Shown piece after piece: positions 10,330 to 20,870 of a stretch of DNA of 64,000 nt. The DNA lies in NCBI GenBank assembly GCA_964016885.1, contig OZ024741.1:159402001-159466000 (forward strand). Reading direction: 5' to 3'. Under the pieces are notes generated by a model. That model saw only the letters and a list, made by a program, of their open reading frames with translations, was not told the DNA's origin and made no database searches. Numbering within the stretch: position 1 is the stretch's first letter; the number at the start of each line of letters is the position of its first letter. A program made the translations under genes and the position numbers. Origin of the DNA: Eledone cirrhosa (Eukaryota).

Positions 10330-11460
10330 TGTTTTTGGAGACATCCAGGTGTAGGGGACCAAGCCTTGGGTGGATTCTGAAGTTGGTACCAACATTATTT
10401 GGGCAATGTTGGGGCACTTGAATTTTCATAATACTTTGTTTCTTGTGAAGAGACCACAGTGGACAAGTTTTCAAGGTGGGACTGGGGAAAGGTAGGGAGG
10501 AAAAGGATGATGGTGTGGATATCTCTCGACTGGAAAGTTCTAAGAATCCAGGAACACATCTTATGGCTCATATCAATTTTGTTTTTTATGTGAGAATTCC
10601 AGCTTAAGTTGCTATCAACAATTACACTGAGGTCTCTGGTGTTGTCAGATGCCACGAGGGTTTCACCTGAGCGAAGAGAATATTATAACTTCAGTGTATC
10701 ATCTCTTCCAAAGTGGATTAGTTCAAATTTGTTCATTTAATAGCATATTGTTTTTTCTTTCATCCATTGGATAACAGCAAGCAGATTCGAGTGAAGGCTT
10801 GACTGGTTTTACATTCCATGTATGACCTTCATCAGCTTGGAATCATCTGCTGCAAAAATTCTTACATTGCTGTGCTTGATGATGTCAATAATGTCATTAA
10901 TATAAATTAGAGGTTCTCAAACTTTGTGGGCCACTGCCCTCCTCACAGCCACATAATACCCTCAACACCCCCAACTCTATTTCCAGAGAGACCTGCCTAC
11001 ACACAGATTTTAAATATATAATAAATAAATCATTAATTTATATATAATAAATAATATAATATATACTATGTATAAATAAATATTATATATTTTTTATTTT
11101 ATTATATTTATATATAGTATGTATCATTTGATATTTAATATACTATTCTATCATCTCTAATGCAACCACCCCCTTAGGTCCCAGCACCCCCATGGCTCTT
11201 CTCAACGCCCCTTCAGTGGGCAGTAACACCCACTTAGAGAATCTCTGATGTAAATGATGAAAAGAAGTGGGCCCAACATAGTGGGATACCACTTCTGACT
11301 TTGACTGAGCTTAATCATATTCCTTCAACTACAACATGCTGAGCTGTATTCATCAGGAAATACTTAATACATTGCAGTAATGTGTTCTGCAGACATGAAT
11401 GCTGGATAGTTTCTTCAACAAGATGCTGTGATCAGCCCTGTCAAAGACTTTGCTGAAATA
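10330..11460 (-). mobile_element. Degenerate CR1/L2-group LINE RT fragment, interrupted by a MITE
   Basis: Minus strand encodes DLSVIVDSNLSWNSHIKNK...CSWILRTF.SRD, and upstream remnants of LGPLLFIIYINDI and FAADD-like RT motifs. Confidence 0.75.
10908..11247. mobile_element. hAT-type MITE
   Basis: Imperfect TIRs TAGAGGTTCTCAAA / TTAGAGAATCTCTG with an 8-bp target duplication ATATAAAT/ATGTAAAT that splits the LINE RT coding sequence. Confidence 0.7.
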
Positions 11461-12150
11461 ATAATTGTTTCTGATTTAGGCACAAGGCCAACAATTTGAG
11501 AAGAAGGGACATTCGATTAAACTGATTTCAGTGTATTACTGATACTTTATTTTATTGATCCCGTAAGGAGGAAAGGCAAAGCTAACCTTGACAGAATTTA
11601 AACTCAGAATGTAAAGGGTAAAGGAACATAACTACATGCTGCAAAGCATGGTATCTGATGCTCTGCCAATCCACTGCCTTTGGAATCATAGTAATAATAA
11701 ATACTAAGACAAAAATCCAGAAAGGACTTTATATATATATATCATGTATCATCATAATCATCGTTGTCGTTTTGACATCCGTTTTCCCTGCTGTGGATAT
11801 AAGGATATGCAATAATATATATACGGTAGGATAAGTAGCCAGATAAATGTTTTTGCAGAAGTTAGAAAAGTTTTAAGACATATGGTAGGACAAAGATATG
11901 ACAGAAAATCTCTGATATATGTCCAAAGTAGCCTTGAGAAAGTTAGGTGTTTTTTCAAGTTTGCAGCTGGAAAACATATGGCTAAGAATTAGGAGGGATT
12001 AAATTAATATTTTATTTACCCATGCTTAGCATGAAGAATGGACGTTAAATGATGATGATGATTTATACATTTTTTTTTGTTTATATATCTATTTTTATTT
12101 ATATTTTATATTTTTTTAAAATATATATATATACTTGTTGTATATTTCAG

Positions 12151-12220
12151 ATTTAGGCTATGATCGATACAAAATCATTGTACAAGTTTACATTGGAGAA
12201 TACAGAGGCCAAGGGATCAA
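12151..12220 (+). CDS. TCTEX1D2: TCTEX1D2-like coding exon B, 70 nt
   Basis: TTTCAG acceptor, GTAAG donor. Encodes (D)LGYDRYKIIVQVYIGEYRGQGI(K), the Tctex1 RYK...IG...GQG motif. Confidence 0.92.
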
Positions 12221-12940
12221 GTAAGCCCATCTTTTTTGATCTTGGAGCCATTTTATACAATTTTGAGGTTTTAGGGGGTTTATTTTTAAACTGTTTTACT
12301 AGGAGAATTTGTTAAACTGATTTGAATGGGGATGGTGTTTGCTGAGCAGATGTTGGGGATCATGTTGGTAATGGTGATAATAATAGTTATGAGGATGTTG
12401 ATGATGATAGGGATAATGGTTGTAATGATGGTAAATGCAATGTTGTTAATGATGATGTTTATAATGAGACAAGGACGACTAAATCCTTTCAAGGTGGTTC
12501 TCCAGTGTGGCTGCAGTCTAATGACTAAAACCAATAAGGTCGATTTTAAGAAATCCTTCATAAGACTGCTGGCCAATGAGAATTCCCTTGTCTGGAATTA
12601 GCTGGTTATGGATTTATTATTAATCGATGACCAGCAGATTCTCCATGGTATTTAAAACTATACTAGCTTAGACATGGACTTTTTTACTTCAGTGTATTTT
12701 TGTGTGCTAAACAAGGAGGATACTGGTTGCTTCAATTGATGAAATTGTGAGTACTTTAACGTTTTCATATGTTGATCTGTCGATACAATAATTACACTGT
12801 TTTCATAGCTTAGGCCTCTGGCTGGGAATGTTGTATTACAATTAATCCTATCCATGTGCTCCAAATGAATTTGTTGAGCAAATTGTAAACAAGGAGATCA
12901 AAATTACTGGATATTGATCTAAACCTTTATATATATATAA

Positions 12941-14058
12941 GTTTAGTGAAGAATTCCAAATATAAGTAGGAGTTCATCAGGGTTAGGTCCTCAGCCAACT
13001 CTTATTCATTATAGTTCTCCAAGCAATAACAGAGGAGTTTAAGGCTGGCTGCCCATGGGAACTTCTCTATGCTGACGATCTGGTACTTATAGCAGAATCA
13101 GTAGAGGGGCTAGAGAGTAAATTCCGGCTATGGAAACAGCAGTTGAAATCAAGAGGACTGAGAGTGAACCTAGCAAAGACTAAAGTGTTGATAAGTAGGA
13201 AAGTGGACAAGACTCTGATTCCATCAGGGAAATGGCCATGCTCGATATGTAGAAAATGAGTAGGCATAAACTCTATAGTATGTACACAATGCAAATCTTG
13301 GGTACCTAAGAGGTGTAGTGGGATAGCAGGCAAACTAACAGGAAGGGAAAACTTCATATGTAGTAGATGTTCAGGGAAAATTGATAGTAGAAGTGTCAGT
13401 GATAGACACATTTTTCAAATGCAGGTAGGATCTATAGAGGTGGTTGATAGCTTCCGATATCTAGGTGATCAGATTAGCAAGGGAGGAGGATGCTCCGAGG
13501 CCATAGTATCTAGAATAAGGACATGATGGAAGAAGTTTAGGGAGCTGCTTTCTCTGTTGACAATGAAGGGTTTCTCTCTACGAACAAAAGGCTGGTTGTA
13601 TGATGCCTATGTGAGATGCACGATGCTGCATGGTAGTGAGATATGGGCCGCAACTGCAGAGGATATGCGAAGGCTGGAGAGAAATGAAGCAAACATGCTT
13701 CGATGGATGTGCAAAGTCAATGTGCGTGAACGACCAAGCATAGATGAGTTGAGAGTGAAACTGTGTATAAGAGGGATAAACTGTAGTGTGCGAGAGAGAA
13801 GACTGCGTTGGTATAGTCATATGATGTGCATGGAAGATGACCACTAGGTGAAGAAGTGCCAAGAAATCCCGGTGGAAGGAAGACACAGTAGAGGAAGACC
13901 TCAAAAAACATGGGCAGAGGTGGTGAGAACTGACCACAAATCGCTGAAGCTCACAGAGGAGATGACGAGGGACTGTGATGAATGGAGAGATGCTGTGCAG
14001 AAGAGGACCCATCCCACCCTTGCAAGCAGGGAAAAGTGGACGTAAAATGATGATGATG
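12941..14058 (+). mobile_element. Degenerate RTE LINE (second subfamily, almost no 3' UTR)
   Basis: GCPWELLYADDL, Cys-rich insert, LHGSEIW and GRPQKTW motifs with scattered stops. The ORF runs into the tail KRTHPTLASREKWT*, followed by (GAT)n. Confidence 0.9.
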
Positions 14059-14129
14059 ACACACACACACATATATATATATCTGTGTGTGTGTGTGTGT
14101 ATGTGTATGTATATATATATAATCACTGT

Positions 14130-14358
14130 TTAACCCTTTAGCATTTAAACCGGCCATATCTGGCCAGAATTCTCTCGCCTCTTTTTGTTCAAACCAGCTG
14201 TAACCTGCTGCTCATACTTATGTTAAGGTATTGTTCTCAAAATAAATGATATCAAAAGCTCATAGATTTGATATTATGTGAGATAATTATGTAAAATAAA
14301 GCCTTTAACAAAAAAAATACAATAGTATATATAGAGTAATGTAAATGCTAAAGGGTTA
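14130..14358. mobile_element. TTAA-flanked (piggyBac-type) MITE; related copies at 16663-16879 and 31282-31493
   Basis: TTAA-CCCTTTAGCATT ... AATGCTAAAGGG-TTAA termini. The three copies share internal sequence. Confidence 0.78.
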
Positions 14359-14990
14359 ATGTTTATTTTTCATACTTGAATGGTTTAAACAGGTTGTTAT
14401 GTTCTAAAGCTAAATTAGTTAAGTGAACATGTTTTGCTCATATATTCCATTTCAGGCTTGGTCTCTATGGTTGGATGCCCTTCCTAACAACAACCTCTTT
14501 ACAGAGTGTACTGGGAGCATTTTATCATGACTCTGGCACTACAGACTATAGGCTTTTCATCTTGGCTTCAGTAACACCATTTTACAGAGAGAGAGCAAGG
14601 TGCCTTTTTTATTACACCATCATTTGAGAGGAGTGAGATGTGTTAATAGGAGTTGGATCTAGTGGTATATTGTGAACTGGGTCTAGCTTTCCATGCTTGC
14701 ATAGTATGGATTGGGATTGTAAATTGGATATATATATATATATTAGGCTCTGATGAAAATACTGACACACACATTTATTTATTTTTAATGTACTAATATC
14801 GTTTTATATTCGATAACCATCTATGTGCATTTTTGCTGTGCAGTATTTGAAACAACTTGTCAGCCATTAAATATACATGTATTCATAAATCTTTGTTGTT
14901 CTCTCCAGCATTTTGAATATGATATATATATATATAAATCCTTTTGAAAGCCTATATATTCTTCATCTCCTCTTTTCCTTCTATTTCAAG

Positions 14991-15054
14991 GATAGCAAGC
15001 AGAAAATTTTGGGATGCTGACACAGATAACTTCGCAGTGGATGTTTTTACAAAT
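14991..15054 (+). CDS. TCTEX1D2: TCTEX1D2-like coding exon C, 64 nt
   Basis: Pyrimidine tract plus AAG acceptor, GTAAGT donor. Encodes (K)IASRKFWDADTDNFAVDVFTN, the Tctex1 SR..WD..TD motif. Confidence 0.92.
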
Positions 15055-15558
15055 GTAAGTATTGGCAAATTTTTAGAATTACTAGAGTGCTGGATCACTA
15101 GGGCACTGGATCATTAGCCATTTTGTTACCATATTTCTAATAAAATATTTACAAACAATTTTGAAAATAATCAAGAATTTGCAGGGATTTAGTAATATAA
15201 CTAACTTTCTCATTTTTAACTGGTATTTGGAACATAACTTAACAAAGGTTCTTATATAAAATTGTGGTGGAAGGTTTTTAGATAAATATAAACACTTTAG
15301 AACAATGTTTTCCATCTTAGAATCAAAAAGGCTAGAGCCAGGTTGAGAATTCTACATCTGAAATGCTTGGGACTGGAAATGATTTGGATCTCAGAATATT
15401 GGTATATCTTATATACATCATCTATAAAATGGGACATCTTGGAGATGGAGCCCAAACTTAAACACAATATGTTACACTCACATGGATTTTATGAGGTGAA
15501 ATTCAGATTTCATGTAAAAATAGTGTTTTGTATTTTTCTCTATCTGTACCATAAAGCC

Positions 15559-15830
15559 CCATGGCTTATTGGTTTGGGTGTTCAGCTCATAATCACAAGG
15601 ACATGAGTTCAATTCCTGGTGGCACGTTGTGTCCTTTAGCAAGACACTTTATTTCATGTTGCTCCAGTCCACTCAGCTGGCAAATGTCTGTTGCACTTAT
15701 GATTTAAAGAGGCAGCCTCGTTTCACACAATGTGTCATGCTGAATCCCCTTGAGAATTATATTCAGGATACATGAGCCTGTGGAATGCCTAACCACCAAC
15801 ATATTAATTTCACAAGCATTGATAAAAAAA
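15559..15830 (+). mobile_element. Older CORE-like tRNA SINE
   Basis: TGGCTTATTGG A-box, GAGTTCAATTCC B-box, and TGTGTCCTTTAGCAAGACACTTTATTTCA block shared with family A. Confidence 0.6.
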
Positions 15831-15942
15831 TTGGAACCCTTGGGACTGACAGAGGTCTAGCAACAACACATGTACCAACCTATAGGTCATGTTAGCAATA
15901 GAAAAAAAAAATTCAAATTTTGGAATTTCAGACAAAGGATTC

Positions 15943-16940
15943 TTAACCCATTTTATACCAACTCACCAAAAACCACTTCTGTTTCTATGAAACAAGATCA
16001 CTTATTTTAAAGGATTCCAACTTAAATTAAAAACTTTTGACATAATTTTATATAAGAACATTTTGTAATGTTACCAATACCATTTTAATAAAATTATAAT
16101 TTTAGCAAATTCTTCAATAATACAAAGTATTTCAAGAATCAATTGTATTCAAGAAGCAAAATTTTGAAAGTATGTTAGCTTAATGTAAATTACTTCATTG
16201 TAGGGTTTTTTTAGATTATGAAAAATAGTGAAAGAAGTTGTGTATACAAGGTCTTAGAGAAGGAAAAAGTGAACAGTCCCCCTGTAGGAATCAAACTCAC
16301 ACCTACTGTAAACTGGACAGCTGTGTTACTATTACACCAAAGTGAGACTGGACACTTACCCGTCATTATTAAGCCCTATCAGGGCAGTGGATTGGTAGTA
16401 TTGGTAGAACATCAGACAACATGTTTTGCAGCATAGACTTGTGGCCCTTTATGTTCTGAGTTCAAATCCCGCTGAGGTTAGCTTTACCTTTCATCCTTAC
16501 GGGGTCGATAAAATAAAGTACCAGTAATGCACTTTAAATTGCTGGCCTTGTACCAAATGTAAAAACAATTATTAAGCCCTATCTATCAACCACGAGATTC
16601 TAAACAAAGGGTCAAACAATATTCATAATCAAAAAAATAAACCTACATTGAAGCAGCTTACTTTAACCCTTTAACTATATCCAGCCAGAATCCTCCCACC
16701 TCTTTCTGTTCAAACCGGCCATAACCGGCTGCTCATACTTATGTTAAGGTATTGTTCTCAAAATAAATAATATCAAAATCTTGTAGATTCGCTATTGTGT
16801 GAGATAATTAAGTGAAATAAAGTGTTTACTGTGAAAATGCAATAGTATATATAGAGTAATGTTAATGCTAAAGGGTTAAGCTAATATACTTTAAAAAAAT
16901 ACTTTGTATTTATTTAGAAATATGATAACAAATGGGTTAA
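15943..16940. mobile_element. Older TTAA-type MITE containing a nested SINE and MITE
   Basis: TTAACCCATTT ... AAATGGGTTAA termini. Contains SINE B at 16382-16570 (duplication ATTATTAAGCCCTATC) and the MITE at 16663-16879. Confidence 0.5.
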
Positions 16941-16971
16941 TTAGTATTTATTTTATCTTCATCTTTTCCAG

Positions 16972-17019
16972 AATTCCTTGTTCTGTGTAGCCATGGCCTG
17001 TGGTGTGTATTATTACTGA
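16972..17019 (+). CDS. TCTEX1D2: TCTEX1D2-like last coding exon, 48 nt
   Basis: TTTTCCAG acceptor. Encodes NSLFCVAMACGVYYY*, the characteristic Tctex1 C-terminus. Confidence 0.92.
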   Translation, partial: NSLFCVAMACGVYYY

Positions 17020-18049
17020 GACATAACAAAACTACTTCTCTTCATTTTCATGAGGTAAGTAGCTAATTATGTTACTAATATTTCTTTTAATAGATTGCCA
17101 GTTTTGGTTTCTATCATTTTATAATGTTAAAAATATCAGATCAACACTAACCAACTCTTATCTTATCACCATCATCATACATGTGCTCTTCCATGCTTAC
17201 GTGGCTCCAGCACAACTTCCCTCCACTTACAGCAGTCCTATATCATCTCCTCTGTGAGTTTCAGCAATTTCAGATCAACACTAACCAACTCTGCCCAGGA
17301 TTTTCTATCTTCCTCTACTGCAGCTTTTTTTCTCTGTCTCCTGGCACTTCTTCTCCCAGCATTCCTTATCAATATGCATCACATGTCTATATCAGTGCAG
17401 TTTTCTCTCTTGCACATTACATCTGGTTCCTCTTACTATATATATATGTGTGTGTGTGCAGAAATATGTGTACATGTGAAAAAGGAAAACAGTGCTCAAT
17501 CAGGAAGAAAGCTGACATATCATTTATTTATGTTCATACATTGGAAAAAAAACGCTACTTAAGGTTTCAAGGCCCAATATTGACCATATCTCCAGAAAGT
17601 AAGAGAGATCAAAATTGTGACCTAATCTTCAGGCGCTTATAAGATGCTGTTAAAAGTAATGTGTGCTAAAACGGTAGTTTATGAAAAACCTATTATAACA
17701 AAGGGAAGTAACTCCAAGAAGTAAATTTGAAATAGCAAAATCGTACATATGTATTCGTGGGCTATAGCAGATGTATGATATTATGTGGTGGTATGTAATA
17801 TAGATATGGTAATATTTATTAAGGTATGGAGTAAAGTAGTATATAAGGTATTCTGTATTATGTAAACTAGCAGAAAAACCGCCCTTAGTGTGCATATTGG
17901 CATTATACGCAAATATATATGCATATAGATATATGTAAATTGAAAAGTAAATTGACAATATCTTCTTCACCCACTTATTTCTGAGAGGGTCGTAGGGGGC
18001 AGAGTCCTTCTCAAACACTCCTTCCAGCGAGTCTGTCAGTAGCAAACAT

Positions 18050-18590
18050 CTCTAACTGATCCAGCCGGATCCCAAAGCGTGACCAGCCAAGCTCATGGAT
18101 GTTATCCAACTATCTTGCTCAGGGTCTACCTCTGGGTCTCTTGCCGGTTGGTTTTGCCTGTAAAATGTGTCCAGCAATTCTTTACTGAGACATTCTAACC
18201 ACATGCTCATAATATCAGAGTTGTGATCTCTCAATTTGGAGAAGTACCGGCTCTACCAGGAGTGACTCACTGGTCTCTGAGCTATGCATTTTATCGAGTA
18301 ACGTTACTCCAAAGACCCTTCGGAGGAATCCCATTTCTGCCACTTTTATTTGCAATTATATTCTTTTGGTCATTACTCAAGATTCATGATCCTCGGTAAG
18401 AGTTGGCAGGAATACCAGGAAGAGAGCAAGTTTGGCTTTTACACGTACCCTGCATCATCTGATTGCTGAGGCTGGTGCTTGACTGCATCAGCTTTCGCAA
18501 TTCTTGCACTTAATTCAGCCTCCTGCATTCCATCACTCATGAACATGGCTCTAACTTGAACTTCTCTAACGGCTTCAGTAGAACTTCATT
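18050..18590 (-). mobile_element. Highly decayed RTE-like LINE 3' fragment
   Basis: Minus strand retains AEMGFLRR-like and KRPRGRP-like remnants with frameshifts. Confidence 0.45.
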
Positions 18591-18794
18591 CACATGTATA
18601 TACATTTGAGGGACTTCTGTCCACCCGTCCATCACGCAATGTGTATGTGTGTTTGTATGAATGTATGTGTGTGTAAAAGGAAGGAAAGGGATACACACAT
18701 ATATATGTCTAACTTAAAAACAGTGACACACACACGTGTCTCTAATTTAAGAACGCTGAGAAACTCACGCGCGTGCACATACACACACTGGCAT

Positions 18795-19445
18795 ATTACC
18801 ACTCAATTTTGGAGCCGTCTGGGTTGTCCTGAATTGATGGGAAAACACTTGACGGTCTCAATCTGTGCTCCTGGTCAAGAGGCAGGTGCCTTACCTGGGA
18901 CATCACTGTTAGTGACTCTTTTGCTTCTTCCCACATCCTGGATACAGCAGTAAGGGCGAGAGCTACAGCATCCGCAGCTGAACGGAACAAAATCCTAAAA
19001 TACCGTGTTCTGTCAACTAACTACATTATCCAGCCTGTGGCGTTCGAGACGTTTGGGGGAGTCGGGCTACTGACAGCGAGGTTCTTATCTTCACTGGTAG
19101 CTCGCCAAACAGAGGTAACTGGTGATGCTCGTGAGGGCACTTGGTTGTTCCAGCACCTCAGCCTCGCCATCACCCCAGGTAACGCTGCAAGCATTAGAGA
19201 GGTTTCCCAGTGCTCCTCGCTATATTGCTATCTTTTGCTCTGGTAACGGCTTGTTTTACCTCTCTTTTGTCTGCATTTTGTTCTATGGCCTAAGATGTGT
19301 GTATTACGTGATTGTGTATTTTTCTCTTTCTTTTTTACGTTTCCCTTTCCCTTTCCTTTGTATATGTTATATTTGTTAGTGTTTTCGATCTGTAACCATT
19401 ATATTAAATGAGTTTTAAAAACAAGAGTTAATAAATAAGTAAAAC
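18795..19445 (+). mobile_element. CRE-like non-LTR retrotransposon 3' fragment (restriction-like endonuclease)
   Basis: One frame reads LEPSGLS*IDGKTLDGLNLCSWSRGRCLTWDITVSDSFASSH...AAERNKILKYRVL...PVAFETFGG...FQHLSLAITPGNAASI. This matches the R-P-D-G...W-D...AE..K..KY...ET.G pattern of RLE domains. Confidence 0.8.
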
Positions 19446-19644
19446 GTTATACTTGTATTACCCTCCCATCTCCATTTCACCGAACGCTATCATGACTCTA
19501 TGTGTGTGTTTGTGTAAATGTATGTGTGAATGTATGTATGTTTGTGTGAAAGTATGTGCGAATGTATGTGTATTTGTGTGAATTATGTCCGTGAGTGTGT
19601 ATTTTTATAAGTTTGTGTTTGCGCCATTATAGTTATATATTATG

Positions 19645-19856
19645 AGTATATAACTATAATTGTTCCTACTTTTGGCACAAGGCCAGCAATTACCCAATGC
19701 ATTACTGGTACTTTATTCTATCGACCCCGGAAGGATGAAAGGCTGAGGTTAACTTTGCCTTTCATCCTTCCGGGGGTCGATAGAATAAAGTACCAGTAAT
19801 GCATTGGGTAATTGCTGGCCTTGTGCCAAAAGTAGAAACAATTATAGTTATATACG
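19645..19856. mobile_element. Fold-back (palindromic) SINE family B insertion
   Basis: The SINE 3' half plus flanking DNA appears twice in inverted orientation around a 13-nt centre, TGAGGTTAACTTT. Confidence 0.8.
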
Positions 19857-20064
19857 CATCAGTGTGTAGAAAATCATAATCTCTCTATCTTCTCATCACA
19901 CACTCTCTGTTTCTATATATATATGGTAGTTGAAGTAGTGGTGGTGGCGACGATATACCGGAAGTGCAACTTTAAAAAGAAGTCAATTTTAGATTATTTA
20001 TTTTTACGAAATTATTTTTGTTTACGAAATTGAGTACATAAATTATGTAATATTATTTATTCAA

Positions 20065-20133
20065 AGTCGATAAAATAAAGTACCAGTAATGCACTGGGTA
20101 ATTGCTGGCCTTGTGCCTAAAGTAGAAACAATT
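20065..20133 (+). mobile_element. 5'-truncated SINE family B with target duplication
   Basis: ATTATTTATTCAAAGT on both sides of GTCGATAAAATAAAGTACCAG...AGAAACAATT. Confidence 0.75.
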
Positions 20134-20419
20134 ATTTATTCAAAGTAATCCAACTTATTTTACTAACTGGATTAAAAGAAATAAACCATACACAGTCCTG
20201 CAGACCTTCCTTTATTATATAGTTTAGATGTGGCAAGAGAAAAAGAAAGTATATAAATCAAATTAAGGTGGTTAAAATCAGTTGAATTTGTTGAGTATTT
20301 CCACTTAGCAAGCAGTTGGCTTTGAGATGGAGGCATCCTCTAAAAATTTCGCTCTTTGAGTTCAAATAATTATTGCTCGGAGATGACATGTGTGTGTGGA
20401 GAGAGAGAGAGAGAAAGTT

Positions 20420-20870
20420 TTGTGATGCAGGAAAATATTGAACAATGGTATGGAATCAAATTTTGTGTGAAACTCAACAAATCATCCACCAAACCATTTA
20501 ATTCTTTAACACATGCTTATGGAGATGCCACACTATCGAGAAGAAAGGTTCTTAAGTGGCTTAAAGCTTTCAAAGAGAGCTGAGAAAATGTTGAAGACGA
20601 ACCTTCTTCTAGAAGACTAATCTTATCAACAAATAAACAAAATGTGGAAGTGGTGTAAGCAGTGATGATGAAAGATCACTGGTTAAGTGTTAGGAAGATT
20701 GCAGAAGAAACGGGCTTGGATAAAAATATAGTTCACAGAATTTTAATAACCATTTTCACATGCAAGAAATTTGTGCAAAACTAGTCCCCAAACACTTATC
20801 TGTGGAGCAAAAAGTGAACTGGTTGGAAATTTATCAGGATTTACTAGAAAGACTTGAAATTGAGCCCAAT
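20420..20870 (+). mobile_element. Mariner transposase pseudogene fragment (N-terminal HTH region)
   Basis: Frameshifted EQWYGIKFCVKLNKS...AYGDATLSRR...W.K.FKES and ICAKLVPKHLSVEQK. A paralogous fragment lies at 23790-24250. Confidence 0.8.

Noticed and set aside
12286-12601. Met/Ile/Val-rich ORFs
   Set aside because: Derived from degenerate (GAT/GGT/AAT)n simple repeats in an intron.
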